A stretch of 64,000 nt of DNA from NCBI GenBank assembly GCA_008632985.1, contig QPGO01000263.1, positions 1 to 64,000 on the forward strand. Direction: 5' to 3'. A program made the position numbers and the translations under genes. The notes beneath the pieces were generated by a model. It did not search any database. It saw only the letters and a list, made by a program, of their open reading frames with translations, and was not told where the DNA came from. Shown piece by piece: positions 1 through 12,879 of this stretch. The DNA is from Psammoneis japonica (taxonomy: Eukaryota). Within the stretch, counting starts at the first letter, position 1. Each line of letters opens with the position of its first letter.

Positions 1-1136
1 ATCAAGACAGGCTTGTGATGTGCACTTGATGTCCTTCTTGGGGTCTTGGTTGGCACACAATGATGGCATGTCATTTTTTGGGCATCACAATGTGCGTGCA
101 CGCCGATTGGAACAAAATGACGTGATGGAGCCTCGGGGACACTCCTGATGTTGGTGTTTGTCATGCAGTCTTGTCATTGTCCAAAGAAGACAAACCAGCA
201 AGTGTGCTGCAATCAGCTGGCTTTTTGACCCTTTTTGTCGAAATTTGCATGCCTCATGAGCCTCTTTTTGTGAGTCTGGTTGATGTGCGCAGGTGTCTGG
301 TCTACAATGGCCCTTTCTTCCTGCTCTGCAATGGTGTCATCTTCACTGTCTGTCATGTTATGCTGTCCATGTTATTTTGAGAGAATTTGGCAGTGTGCCT
401 TCCAGTCTGGGCTTTGCACTTGGTAAAATGGAGAAAGGGAGGAGGGAGGATGGTTTTGCCAGTCTCCTTGCAAATGCAACAAACTGCTGGTGACACTTGG
501 GGCCATGAAATTTGGCCGGGTGACTCACAAGTCTTTTGACATTGTTTGTTGATTTGGGAAATTGGTCTCTGAAATTTCAGTCTAGAGAGGAAATGGACAG
601 AACAGTGTGGGACCTGCTGAAGATTTGTGGCAAAGCATTTGGTGGGCATGCTGTTGCACGTCGACTGTGGAGTTAGTCAGCTGTGGGTGTGTGCTTTTTC
701 TGCATTTTTCATGAGCAGCGAAGCAGCAGACATTGCATTTAGATGGCCCATGGCACATCGCTGTTCTTTAGAGTGTTTGCTCTGCTGGCACTGGAGAGCA
801 GATCAAGAGCTGCAGCGCCAATCATCTGGTCATCGTGTGTGTGCATTGAACGCATTGCAGAGCCTGCAAATCTTCTCTCTCCTCCTCCTCTTTTTCCTCT
901 GCTTTTTTTTTCATAAACTTGGAGCCACCTGCATGACCAGACACATGCCAAATTTCTGATGTGCAGGGAGGAGCTGATTGAAAAATTGCAATGTTGCCCA
1001 TGTTGTGCTGCCGGTGCTCCTGGTGTTCCATTTTGTTGTTGTGTCCATGCCTCATTGCTGTCATCTTCACAAGACCTGTTTCATCAACTGTCTTTGCCAC
1101 ATGTGCCACATGTGACCGTGTGTTGTGCCACCCAGG

Positions 1137-1770
1137 TGCTTCCTCTGGCAAGCAATGGATGTCCATGGGGAAACACCATGTTGTTCTTTTTGGGCCATGT
1201 GGTGCAGTGCTGCTTCTGCACAGTGATGATTGCACTCACAACCTGATTCAATTTCAACATGGATCTTCACATCATGGTGGAATGCCGTGGCTCGCGACAA
1301 GAATGACAGCAAGAATTTGGCTGCTGACTGCCCAAAACCACTCATTTCAACAACAGTGCACCATGTGCTGGTTCTCCATCATCCCCTGAGATCGACAGTG
1401 CCATGACACAGGTCCTCACTCCACCATTGCCGTCAAGCCAAAGCACGCAAAACGAAAAAGACGATCTTCCATCAACAATGCAGACGCAAAAACAGGCCAA
1501 ACAATGTCATTTCTACACCATGCACAATTGCTTGTGGGTTGATTGATGAGTTGGAGGCCTGTCAGGGTGGTGGCAATGTGTTGCCATGTCAGCAGCGGTG
1601 GCATTTTGGTCATTGTGGTGTGTTTTGTGCCCATTTGTGTGAACTCTGTGACGGTGTGCATTCCGACCGCACAAACAAAAAACATGTGGAAGCAGTGCCA
1701 TTTTGTGTGGCCCAAAAAGAACAACATGGTGTTTCCCCGTGGACATTTGTCACTTGCTGGAGGGAGCATG
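1137..1770. repeat. Inverted repeat pair (about 85 bp arms at about 1137-1222 and 1683-1770)
   Basis: ggggaaacaccatgttgttctttttgggcca near 1167 is the reverse complement of tggcccaaaaagaacaacatggtgtttcccc near 1708. Confidence 0.8.
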
Positions 1771-2169
1771 GGAGTCGCCTCAGCAGGGAAACTCTTGCAT
1801 CATCTGGAGAAAGTCTCTCTTGACAAGAATCTCACCTGCGTTCTCTGTTTTGGGGCACGTCAGGTTGGTTGCAGTGTCTCCATCATTGCTTTTGATGCAA
1901 ACNACTGGCTCTCCCCAAAAGCTGCCATTAAAAAAGAAGGGTCCCCTGTCATGAGTTGTTGATCTCATCAAGACAAGTTTCTTCTGATTGAAATCCATGC
2001 AACCACTGTTGCTGATGGCATGAAGCATCACCATTCAAAGAAAGCAACCCCCAAAAAAATTGCCAAGACTGAACAAGCCAAGCTTGACTGTCCAGTGCTT
2101 TGAAAGAACATTTTTGAGAAAGCAGAGTGGACTCGTCCACCATCTGTTGCTCTGCAAGAGCTCTCTGAG

Positions 2170-4385
2170 TTGAAGAAACAGATGACATGTCTTGAAAAGA
2201 AGGTGACTGCAAAAGAGAGCTGCGCTCAAGAAGAGATTCCTTTGGATTTTGTCAACAACTTGGAGTTTGAGGTCAACAAGCTCAATGAGGACAGCAAGAT
2301 TCAAGCACATGCCAAGCCATTGGCAGCAAACACACAGGTGGATTGTGTCATTTGCAAGCAGGCTGCATGCCAAGAGATTGATGGCACCATCGCAAATGGC
2401 TTGGATTTTTGTGTTGCAGCCAGGAAGGACATGTTGCTCATCAAGGATTTCACGTTTGGGCACAGAAAGGGTTTGTCAGCTCTTCAGAACATGATGTTGG
2501 CAGCTTCAGTGGAATCTGTCTTGGTGGATGCAGTTCAAGATGGCATTGGGAAGGACGACACGAGTTGCACCACAAAATCCAAAACACCACTTTTCCAAAA
2601 GGAAGACCCAATGATGAGGGCAATGATTGCTGTTGAAATTGGGTGCAACACTCTGCCTGGCGGGGTCCCAAGTGTTGGCACCAAAAGCATTGAAGAGTTC
2701 TTCAGTGCCAAGCCCAATGCGTCTGTGGATGATCTTGCATTGCACTGCGAGAGCAAGTCATCCATGAACCCAACTGTGCTTTGTGCATTTGGTTTGGCCA
2801 TGATCTGTGAGCCTGGCAACACATGTGATGAGCCGGTGTTGCAAAAGACACATTCATTCATGGCCCTCCAACAGCTCTCCTGGATCATCTTAGAAAGTTT
2901 GCTGCTGGGACAGACATTGTGGTAGATGATTCTGTTGGCAGAAGTGACTGCTGCAGTTGTTGTGGCATTGGTCATGTGTTTGCCACCAGCAAGGACTTCA
3001 AATTGTGTTTGGAATGCAAGTCAACACTTTGCAAGCTTTGCGTCATGGATGCAAAGGAGGCAGACTCTGCAAGAGTCAATGTGCCACACTGCATGTCATG
3101 TCTGAGTGCTGCTGTGGGTGTTGACACCAAGGCGGAAGAGTCTCAGATGTCAACATCTAGGATGCATGAGGAACTTCTGTCTGCAAATGTGCGCGACATT
3201 GCCGACCTGTCCATCAATGAAGTGGAAGAGCTGCGTGATGCAACAGTCAATGGAAAACACAATGAGATTGATGGTTTGGATGACACTCAGTTTCCGGAGT
3301 GGCCTTCAAGTGAGACAAACAATTCATTGCATCTTCTAAAGAAAGTGCCGCTAGATTTTAGTGATGGAGCACAGTTCCTTCAAGCTGAGGAACTGGAGGA
3401 CAAAGAGATCTGCAGTGTGGTTTGCATTCTCTCTGAGCTTTTGAAGTTCTCTGGCTTGCTGGACAAGAGCAAAAGCATGCATGAGCAAGCTGTTCCTGAC
3501 ATTGTTGCTCATTTTGCTCGAGAATCAAGATGAGACAGTGGTGAGTGGCTGATGAAGCACACAAATTGGCACACTGCTGATCCTTGGTCTCAATCACTCG
3601 TGACAGCAACGGGTGCCATTTGTTGTGATTGCAACCTTGATGTGGCCTGCATTCTCATTGATGGAATGGCGGGGGCATCTGTGAAGGATGAGACACATGA
3701 AACAAGAGTGCACTTTTCTGCTGAAAGGCTCATTTGCTGCAGCTGCACATGCAAAGCTGGTTCACAGGGATTGGAGAAGGTCATCTGTGTTCATGCTCTC
3801 TCCATCAAACAGAAATTGTGTCATTTGCTTGTTGATGGTCCAGCTGAACATGCGGTGTGTGAGTTGTCCACTTGGTGGCAGGCGCCCAGTCCAGCTCTTA
3901 ATGCACAAGTGGCAACTGATCTTCAAACTGACATTCTTTACCTGCTCAGCGTGGTTGATGCCTCCAAATGGACTGGCTTGGCAGATGATGTTGCTGTTGG
4001 CACCATCTTGTCAAAACACTCCGTCAGAACTGAGAATGCAAAAGCACCGCCCATGCTGCTTCCAGTCAACACCGCATTCCAGCCACTCCACACCTGCCTT
4101 TTTCAAAATCTGGCACAGAAATTCATCAATGAGATCAAGGGTGCAATGGATGCTGTTCATTCAGTTGATCAATCTGCTTCTGTTTCTGCAGACCCATGCA
4201 ATGCTTCCACTGAAGCTCCAGACTGCGAGCACATCATTGCTGTGAAACTAACTTTGTGCAACATTCTTGAGCGGCACGAGAAAGCAGGCAACTTCCTCAA
4301 CTCCAGTTCAAAAAGAAAACAGCTGACTGCATTGGCAACCACCTGTCTGCCTTTTGAGCATCAACTGGGGCCCCCAAACTTGTGA
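2170..4385 (+). pseudogene. Decayed transposon-associated ORF with an H3TH-like nuclease motif and a SWIM-type zinc finger
   Basis: Consecutive broken ORFs: AVEIGCNTLPGGVPSVG (resembles GCD..PGG..GVG), a CxxC cluster, and CCSCTCKAGSQGLEKVICVHAL (CxC...CxH SWIM pattern). Confidence 0.45.
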
Positions 4386-7300
4386 CCAGGGACAGTGTCC
4401 AAATGTGCAACAAGCTGTCAATGGCATTGTTGGATGTGTGCAAAAGAGGATGGGTGGACCAGAATCCTGTGATTTGCAAGGTCAACTCACATGCCGGTAA
4501 AAAGACTGCCACAGAAAATGATGCAGATTCAATTGATGTGCAACACGAATCCAAACCGCTGGCCAAGAAGCAATGGAAAAGTGTGGCTGGTTGGGAACTG
4601 ATGAGCTGTTTCCTGGTGCAATGTCTGACTCTGATTGTTTCAATGAAACAGGAGTGTTGGAAGTGCAGCGTCAGTTTCAAGAGTGCGATGGCAGGGTGCC
4701 TTTCACCCTCATCCTTGACTGTGGCCATTGATCGACTTGGGCGGCGCGGCACAATGTCCAGTTTGTGCTGCAAGCAACATTTGCACAGAGTGACAAGAAG
4801 TTCTCCACCGTTGATGTGCTGAGAGCTGCAAGTGTTGCTGCTGATCCTTCTGGAAATGAACAGGCTGTGCGTGTTGGAAAAATGTCATCATTCGTGAAGC
4901 GAGGAATGGAGACGCACAAGAATGTTGTGCGATTGTGCAACGCCTGGCTTGCGCGGAGCTTCCAAGCCAACTTCATGTTCAAACTGGTGTTGCAGCTGTG
5001 GTTGACAACACTGCACTCAGAATTGGAGCTTGGTGGGCTGCCACCTGAAGCTGTGCTGGGCATGCCACACAGTTCAGGGCTGTGGCTGCTGGGTGATCTT
5101 GCATTGTTGTGTGAGTTGGCGCTGGCTGGGCACACCAGCTTTGGTGGAGTTGGGCTGGTTGCTGACTTTGTCACAGGAGGAAGACTTGGATTGCATGGAC
5201 TCAATTTGGGAACAAGATGAGTCACCAGAGGCAGAGCAGATGTGCCAGTCCAATTTGGTGCAGCCAAAGGTGCTGGGCTTTGCATGGGTTGGATGTGGGA
5301 AAGCCTGTGGGTGGGAGTCAGCTGTGTGACTGTTGAATGTCGGTGACAGGAGAAGGTCTTTGCTGCAGAGAGCTGCTTTGACTGCAGCTTGCGCAGTGCA
5401 AGGCTGCTGCTCAGAGCCATGCTGAGCATGTCACTCAGTGCAGGACCACATCTGCTTGGCAGTCTGGCCACAGTGTGAGACAGCAGTTTGGCATCACCAG
5501 CGCTGGTGGCAGAGTTGGATTGGGCATCAGATCTGGCACAGGAGGAGGAGTTCTTGGCCATGGACTCAGAGTGGGGTCAAGGAGGAGAGCAGCAGGTGGG
5601 CACACAGAAGGTGTTGCAGCTTTTTGGCTTGGTTTGGTTTTGTCCATTTGGGGATTCCCCAAAATGGGCAGGGTGAGGGGAGTCACTTTGCCCTTTTGGG
5701 GAAAACCTGGGAAATGAGGGCAATTTGGCAGGAAGGAATGCCTGAAAGGGCTCAGGGGAGGGGAACAAAAACAAGTGGAGTGCAGCAATGTGCAATGACC
5801 ACAGTTGGGCGGGTGTGCTTTCATCCCCACAACCATCCATCGTGGGCAACAACCACAACTGATTTGTCAACACATTGGCACAAAGTGGCCCCTTGTGGCA
5901 GAGTGAGAAAAGAACAAACTTTGTCATTCAATCATCAATGTCAATGTTGCTCATGCACAGCTCTGTTTTTGCCTTGGCCTTTGCTCTGGAGCCCTTGTTG
6001 TTTGCATTTGTGACCACATGACTCAAGAAGGAAAAAATGATCCACTGCATTCTGCACATGAGATGGGTCAAAGGGAAGAACAAGCACAACAATTCAATCT
6101 GCCACATTTTTGTTGGCCATGTGCAGCTCTGCTTTTGCCTCATCCTTTGCTCTGCATGCCCCATGGCTTGCATTTGTGGCTGCACAACCCTGCCGGCAGA
6201 GTGATTTGAGCAACCCACTTGACTCCAAACACAAGATGCATCAATTGGAAGAATGAGGCAGACTGTTCAATCTGCCATGCCATCATCATTGGCCATGCAT
6301 GGTTCCACTTTTGTCCTGGCCTTTGCCGTGTGCCTCATTGCTTGCATTTGTGGCTGCATGACAAAAGAACAACCGCTGATGTCTGACGATCAATTGCACT
6401 GGCATTTTGCACATGAGCAACCACATTTTATCTTGTGTTTGATGCTGCAGATCCCATTCAATTGACATTGTTGAATGCATTGAACGATGTCATGATTGAT
6501 CAACAAAAGCCATCACAAATGGGGTGCGAGCACGCCATGGCGTGTTGCCCATTTTTGTTGCGGTTGGTCAACTGTCTGGCTGCATGCGTCCCAGCACACA
6601 AAAGGCATGGAAATGCATGAGAGGGGAAGCACAGGGAACTGCCAATGCACAATTTTTTATCTGTGAGTTGAGCACATGTGTGATGAAGCATGGTTTGTGG
6701 CGGTTCCCCTGGAGTTCACACTTCCTGCAGAAAAACAGGGTGAAAGGTGGCAGTCCCGGGGATTTGGGGGAATCCTGCGGCAAAACCAAACCAAGGTTTT
6801 TGGGCATTGTTTGATTTGGTTGACAGTGTGCATGGATGAAGGTGCATCACATGGTGTGGGGAACTTGGGGTTGCAAAGGGAGAAGGGCAGCATCAAAGGC
6901 ACAAGAGATGGAACACCGCTTGCTCCTGCTGAAGTCACAGTGCATGGAACCAAACTTGGCACTGCAGAGAGAGCAGACAAAGCAATGTCAAAGGGAAGGA
7001 AAAATGAAAGTGCTTTCAAAATTGCCCTGAAGGCGATGCAGATCACCAGGTGGATGGTCAGTCTTGTTGGACTTTGTGTGGCCACAGGCAGCCAGTGGCT
7101 GAGGAGTTGGGCTGGGCATTGGATCAGGCAGAGGAGAGGAAAACTTGGCTGCAGACTCAGACCAGATGCAGGAGGAGATGAAGGAGGCAAAGGGGTGGGC
7201 ATGTGTCAATCCAATTTGAAGCTGGCAAAGGCTTTGGGTGGTCTGGTGCAGGAACGGGTTTGGGCAGCTCTGCTGGCTCTGGAGTTAGCCACAACATCAG

Positions 7301-8082
7301 ATCAGGGGCAGGATGAGTGCCTGAGGTTTTCACTTCAGAGCTGCACCTGGGCACTGGGCTGCCACCTCTTGGGTTGCACCAGTTGTGTCATTTGGCACAT
7401 GGGGTTGTGCACAACTTGGTGCAGCCTTGTTGCATCACCCAAATTTTCCACACGAGTTGTTTTCTGAAGTGCTGTCACATCATTTGGCACCTCCACTGCC
7501 TTGCTGTCTGCTGATGACACATTGTCCTCCTCAAAAGAATGGAGGAGTTTTCATCATGTGGGCCAGAACTTCAGCAAACCCTTGTGGTCAAGGGGCGTGC
7601 AAAAGAGGAGGACACTGTGCAGCCACACACTCATGTGCAGACCTTCCAGTCAATGAGTTTGACATTTTTTCAGCAACTGCCTCGTTGACATGATCTTGAC
7701 ACAAAGGGCATCACAACGGGAAGAAAAAATGAGCACTGTTGGCTGCTGCTGGGTGAATGACCAAAAACAGTTGTGCGCAATTTTCCACGGGGCTTGAGTC
7801 CTGCCACTTCAGCAGTTTTTCATCTTTTGCCAAAGCAACATGGCTCAAACCCCACAGAAATCATGTGGGGTGGACAACACTGCCCACAAAATTGGGGATT
7901 GTGATGCTTGTTGTGCGCGAGTCATGGCAGTCATTGGCACTGGCACTCACCACCAGCTTGCTGAGATCCACTGGCTGAGTGTGTCAACAAGGCTTGCCAG
8001 CCAACATTTTTGCAAAATTTGCTTGTTTTTGTGCAGGTGCACTGTCCAAGCAATGGCGCTGGGAGTGTGCAGGAGAGCTGAG

Positions 8083-8430
8083 GGCACCCAAGTTTTGCCC
8101 CAAAGGTGGGTGCCCAAGTTTCACCCCAAAGGGGGTGCCCAAGTTCACTCTAAAGCTGGGCTGTGCCCAAGTTTTGTTCCAAAGCTGGGCACCCAAGTTT
8201 TGCCCCAAAGTTGGGCACCCGCACAGGTTTTTCCCAAAAGTTGGGTTCCCCAGTCTCCCTCCCCCCTTCCCAAAGTTGTGCACCCAAGTTTTGCCCAAAG
8301 GTTGGCTCCCAAATTTGCCTCAAAGCTGGGTGCCCAAGTTTTGCCCTGAAGCTGGGCACCTCCAAGTTTTGCCCCAAAGTTGGGTGCCCAACTTTTGTCA
8401 CCAAGTTGGGCTTCTTGGTGCACCCAAACA
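8083..8430. repeat. Degenerate minisatellite of roughly 25 bp units (gggcaccc/gggtgccc + aagttttgccccaaag)
   Basis: More than 10 visible copies of cccaagtttt(g)cccaaag(c/t)tggg. Confidence 0.85.
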
Positions 8431-8519
8431 CAAGCCAGCTTGCCAGCAATGGGCAGCAGCTCTCAAGTGCTCATGGGGCCAGCATGGGCTGACTTTGACT
8501 TTGGAGATGTTGTGCAGAT

Positions 8520-9200
8520 CAGCAACAAGGGGCAACAAGCAAGTTCAAAAATGAACAAGAGCAGCTGCTCAAGGTTGCCAGCAGCACTGATGCTGACACA
8601 AGATGCTCTTTCTCAAGAGAAATTGTGGGTGCAAACCAAGCAAAGATCAAACAGTCATTTTGTGAGGAGAAACAATGGATTTTTTGAATCCAGCCATCTG
8701 GGTGACACAGACAGTGATGTCATCAAGAACGACCACAACTGCGGCACAAAGACTGCCCAAAACCTGTCTTGTCGCTGCTCAAGGATCGAGCAGTTGACAA
8801 AGCAGCAATGTGGGTGATGTCAGCTCACCCTTTGGACTGCCCTGTGGTGTGCATCAGTTGTGCCACCAGCACCAGTCAGTGGGGCCACAAGTGCTGGGGG
8901 TGCAAACAAACTGTGATGAGGCTGCACTCATCATGCATGGAGGCTCACCTTCAAACATGAAGCGGCGCTTGTCCAAACTTGCTCTTTTGCGTTGTTGCTG
9001 CCTGCAAAGAAGGAGCTGAAGCTGCTCCAAAGCTGCTGGAAGAGGAGCTCAAGTGGTGCCATCTGGGCTTCACAGCGCTTGTCTCAACTTGTTTTTGGAG
9101 CAGATGCTGCACTCAGGTGCCATGTTTAAAACAGCGGCCATGTGCTGTGACTCTGCTCCAGAGGTTTTGTTGGCAAGGGTTCTGTGATTTGCAACTTGCG
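8520..9200 (+). mobile_element. Possible LTR-retrotransposon RNase H/integrase remnant
   Basis: IKNDHN (cf. IYTDHKN) and LKWCH...LLQRFCWQG (cf. WYH...RFYW of the integrase Zn-binding region). Heavily degraded. Confidence 0.35.
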
Positions 9201-9394
9201 ACAAGAGAAAAAGAGGTGTGTGTCTGTTGCTCTCTTCTTTGTTTTGTCCAACACCATGCCACAGTCCATCAAAAAATTTCATCCACGAAGTTGAACATCT
9301 TTCATGCGCCGTTCATTGTTTGAGTCACCCGGCTGTGTCTTTCAGTGCAGCAGAAGTGCACAAGGCCTGCAGTCTGCCACACCGCACAGCACAG

Positions 9395-9630
9395 CACCGC
9401 ATGAAAAAACAGCAGCCGACCATGGACAAAACAATGACACCATGATGTGATTGACTGACAGAAACCGACAAGAGCACATTGTCAGTGACACACAGCAAAT
9501 TTTATGAGTGGGGGCCCAGCAGGGGCCGCATGAAAAAACAGCAGCCGACCATGGACAAACCAATGACACCATGTGATTGACTGACAGAAACTGACCAGAG
9601 CACATTATCAGTGATAGTAAATTTTATGCC
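9395..9630 (+). repeat. Tandem duplication of about 130 bp at the TE/gene boundary
   Basis: catgaaaaaacagcagccgaccatggacaaa...gcacatt(g/a)tcagtga...aattttatg occurs twice. Confidence 0.9.
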
Positions 9631-9942
9631 TGTCTTAATCATTGTAGCATTTTATTTTTAAATCAATTGATTGCATACAAAACCCCCAACGACTGAATTT
9701 CGCGATAGGAAACTTGATCTTAGAAACGACAAATTAACGCTTTAATAAATAATTGCGTCGAAAAGCGTTACACGAGAAAAAAACACGCAAGAGGCACGCG
9801 GAGTGAGCGAGCCCCCTTTTCCCGCTCAAATCGCCTCGATCTCTCCCGCAGTAGAAAATCATCTCACTTTTTTTCTTTGCTGGGTCGACCAAGCTCCTTT
9901 CGTACATTTTTTTGTAAAGCAGTAAAGAAAAGTTTGTTCAAC

Positions 9943-11599
9943 ATGAGTGGTAAGTCTCTATCTCTCGTACGGAACTTGTTCTTTTCCTCTGCGTTGTTTG
10001 CTCATTCGCTCGTTCCTCCTTACAGAGAAATCGGACTTGCACAAAGCTCTCAGCATCTTCAAGATGTTCTACTCCACCGTTCTCCTTGTGTTCTCGCTGG
10101 TGATCGTTATGGGCTTGATCTTCACAAGGCAGACGGCGTGGTCCGAGCAATACCATCCTGCTCTTGCCTTTATTATCCTTTGGGTGATGTTGATTTGGCT
10201 CTCGTTCGTCGAGGGCGGACAGGCTTCGTTGGTTGGACTTCACCCGATTGACCGTGAGCTCTACAAGGACACCCACCCGATCGCTTACAAGGGCAATGCC
10301 ATGACCCAACAGGGAGATAACCTCGATCGCTACCTTATGGGCCGTCAGTTCATGGTCATCTTTATCGTTTTCCTCATCAACAAGTGTGGAGCCCCCATCG
10401 AAGGTGCTGAACTCTGGGGATTGCCCAAGTGGATTGTCGACATCTTCCTTGTCACCGGATTCGCCATGATCCTCTTTACGGCACAGGTCGGGCAGTTGCA
10501 GTCGCAGGTCAACGCATCGCTCTGTATGCTTGACTACTTCAACGATTATGCAAACCTCTTCACGCTCTACACTGCCAGGGCGATTGAATTCACTGGTCTC
10601 ATGCACTTCTCCTACTTTATCCAGATTTGTGTTGGATACCTTGCTGGCAAGCCCATCGAATCCAAGGAGCCTCCGCGCAGCACCGGTCAATCTCTTTTCT
10701 TCTGGTTCCGTGTCCTTGTCTCGTTTGTCGTCCTCGGCTTTGCCTTGGCAGTCACCCTATCTGCTCTTTTCCAAGGACAAACCACCATGTGGGACGGTGT
10801 TCCCGAGGCAGTTGCCGTGATTCTTTTCTTCCTCCTCATGTCTGTCGTTGGTATGCTCGAAGGTATGCAGATTGCCTTCTTTGCCGTCGCCAAGCTTACC
10901 AAGGACGAGCGTGGAAGAGCCAAGTGTGCCAAGATGACTTGCGACCTCCTCTACAAGGGCAGGGGACACAACCTTCCCAATTTCATGATTGGCCGTCAGC
11001 TCAGCGTCGTGTCTTGCTTCTTCATTATCTCTCGTGTCACCACTGTCTCGATGGACGAGGGCAAGGGCAACCTGTGGGGTGTTAGCGATGGACTCCAAGA
11101 ACTCTTTGAAACTGGTTTCCTTGGTGCCACCATTACTACTATTCTCGGATCCATCTCGTGGCAGCTTGTCGCGTCTGCCTTTCCCATTGCCTTTTTGTCA
11201 AACCCCATCACCTACCTGTTCCTCCGCATCTGTCTATTTTTGGAGGCCACCGGTATTTGCTCTGGAGCATGGTTCCTTGCCAAGATTGACAAGAAGGTCC
11301 GAGGCTTTAAGCGTGACGAAGTCTACATTGGCACTGCTGAAGAACGTGCTGCGCGCAAGGGCGGCAAAGAAGACGAAGAAGAAAGTGTCGAGGCTGGCCA
11401 TTTGTACCCGGCTGTTCCACTCTTGCCCAAGGACGTAGAATACAATGACCTCTCTCTCGATCAAATCGAAGAACTCGAAAGCGAGATTGATGAACACATG
11501 AAGGAGCTGCAGGAGCGCAAAGCCGGTTTGACACTGCAGAAACAAAAGCTGATGAATCCAGACGGTTCAAGCGGCACTGATGACATTGAAGAACCCTAA
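9943..11599 (+). CDS. SIT: Silicon transporter (diatom SIT family); predicted intron 9950-10025
   Basis: About 10 hydrophobic segments, four GXQ motifs (EGGQ, GRQ, EGMQ, GRQ), CMLD motif and a C-terminal coiled coil. ATG AGT G|gtaagt...tacag|AG AAA gives MSEKSDLH. Confidence 0.97.
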
Positions 11600-11829
11600 G
11601 AGGGGATTCCCACTTATATCTAGGCCCCACAAACACATATGGCGCCCTTTCGATGTTGGTAGTATTTGCCTTTGTTCATAACACAATGGCACAGCATTTG
11701 CGTAATCCACCCGAATAAAATAATGTTTATTACATGAGGGACACTGTACTCTTTAAAATAATTGGACACTGCCATCATGCGCCGTAGCCAGCGCTGTACT
11801 TTTTAAAAAATGGTCAATCAGCAGTCCAC

Positions 11830-12800
11830 ACAAGTGCCGGTGACAAGAATGCCCGCCTGCGTCCTCTCAAGAAAGCAGACTGCAACAGGCGCCCAGAGTC
11901 TGTTGTCAGTGCACGCACACGAGAGGTGATGATAAGAACGGCATGCATGGACTCACTCTTTCACTGCTGCCAACTGACTGGAGTGCTGCTGCACCTGAAA
12001 CTCTGCACCTGGCTGGCAAAAAATGGAAAGGATGCTTGAGAGGGTTGCTGGTCAGGATGAGTGCTGGAGAACAACAACAGGACGACTTTTTGGAGCGATG
12101 CTGTTTTTGTGGAAACACCACGCCCAGTGGGCTGGAGTTCTGCACAACATGAAAAAGTGGCTGCTCTTCTTTGGGGAGGGTTGGTGAGAAAAGCCAGTGC
12201 AAGTGAGGGTGACAAAGACACCCTGTGTGCACCGTGTCCTCTCAACAAGAAAGCAGACCACGCAAAAAATGAATCGCTCAAAGTCTGTCAGTGACCACCG
12301 GGGAGGTGACAACAACAACATTGTGCATGGATTGTCCAGTTTGGGACTCCAATCTCCGCCGGTGGAGATTTGCTCCACTTGAAGATGTGTGACATGTCAT
12401 GCACTTTTGCAACAATGCAATGAACACAGCACAAAAATGTCACATCGTGTGCAATCTGCGCAGAGCACACCACATGCATTTGCTTGTTGGGAGCAAACTC
12501 CAAGGGTGCGGTGTTGTTGCTCCATTTGTGACAGCAATTCATGATGACCTCCATTGTCAAAGGTTGAGATTTAGTTCCTCTCCATTCACAGATGAAGCTT
12601 GCAAAAAACCCGGTGTTAAAAGTCGACATTGAACTTTCTAAATTGCAAAAAGGGTTCCCCCAGATTTTCGGTGAATGCACGTTCTAAAACAAAATCGTGC
12701 GGATGAAACATCACACACATCTGAAGTTGCTTCATTCACTGTGTTTGTGATGCAAGCAAGCAAATCTCCACCCATGGAGATTTGCTCAAGTCCAGTGGTT
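11830..12800. mobile_element. Degenerate dispersed-repeat block (TA/CG-depleted)
   Basis: 11945-12060 matches 19290-19400; 12340-12490 matches 30550-30700. Confidence 0.7.
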
Positions 12801-12879
12801 GAAGGGTCAAACCTCTGATGAAGCAACAAAACAGGCCATTCAGCATGAAAAGTTCCACAGCAAACCCAAAAAAACCAAA

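Larger units (their letters stand above)
1..9600. mobile_element. Degenerate TE/repeat block 1 (TpA- and CpG-depleted, nested fragments)
   Basis: Only about 26 TA dinucleotides found by manual scan in 1-9400. ORFs are Tyr-free and Cys/His-rich. Contains SWIM-like and integrase-like remnants plus internal repeats. Confidence 0.75.

Noticed and set aside
8083..8430. CRISPR-like array
   Set aside because: No unique spacers, degenerate units, eukaryotic context and no cas genes.
1..9600. Dense overlapping Cys/His-rich ORFs in all six frames (also in the other TE blocks)
   Set aside because: Artefact of losing TAA/TAG stops and Tyr codons; these are not metallothionein-like genes.
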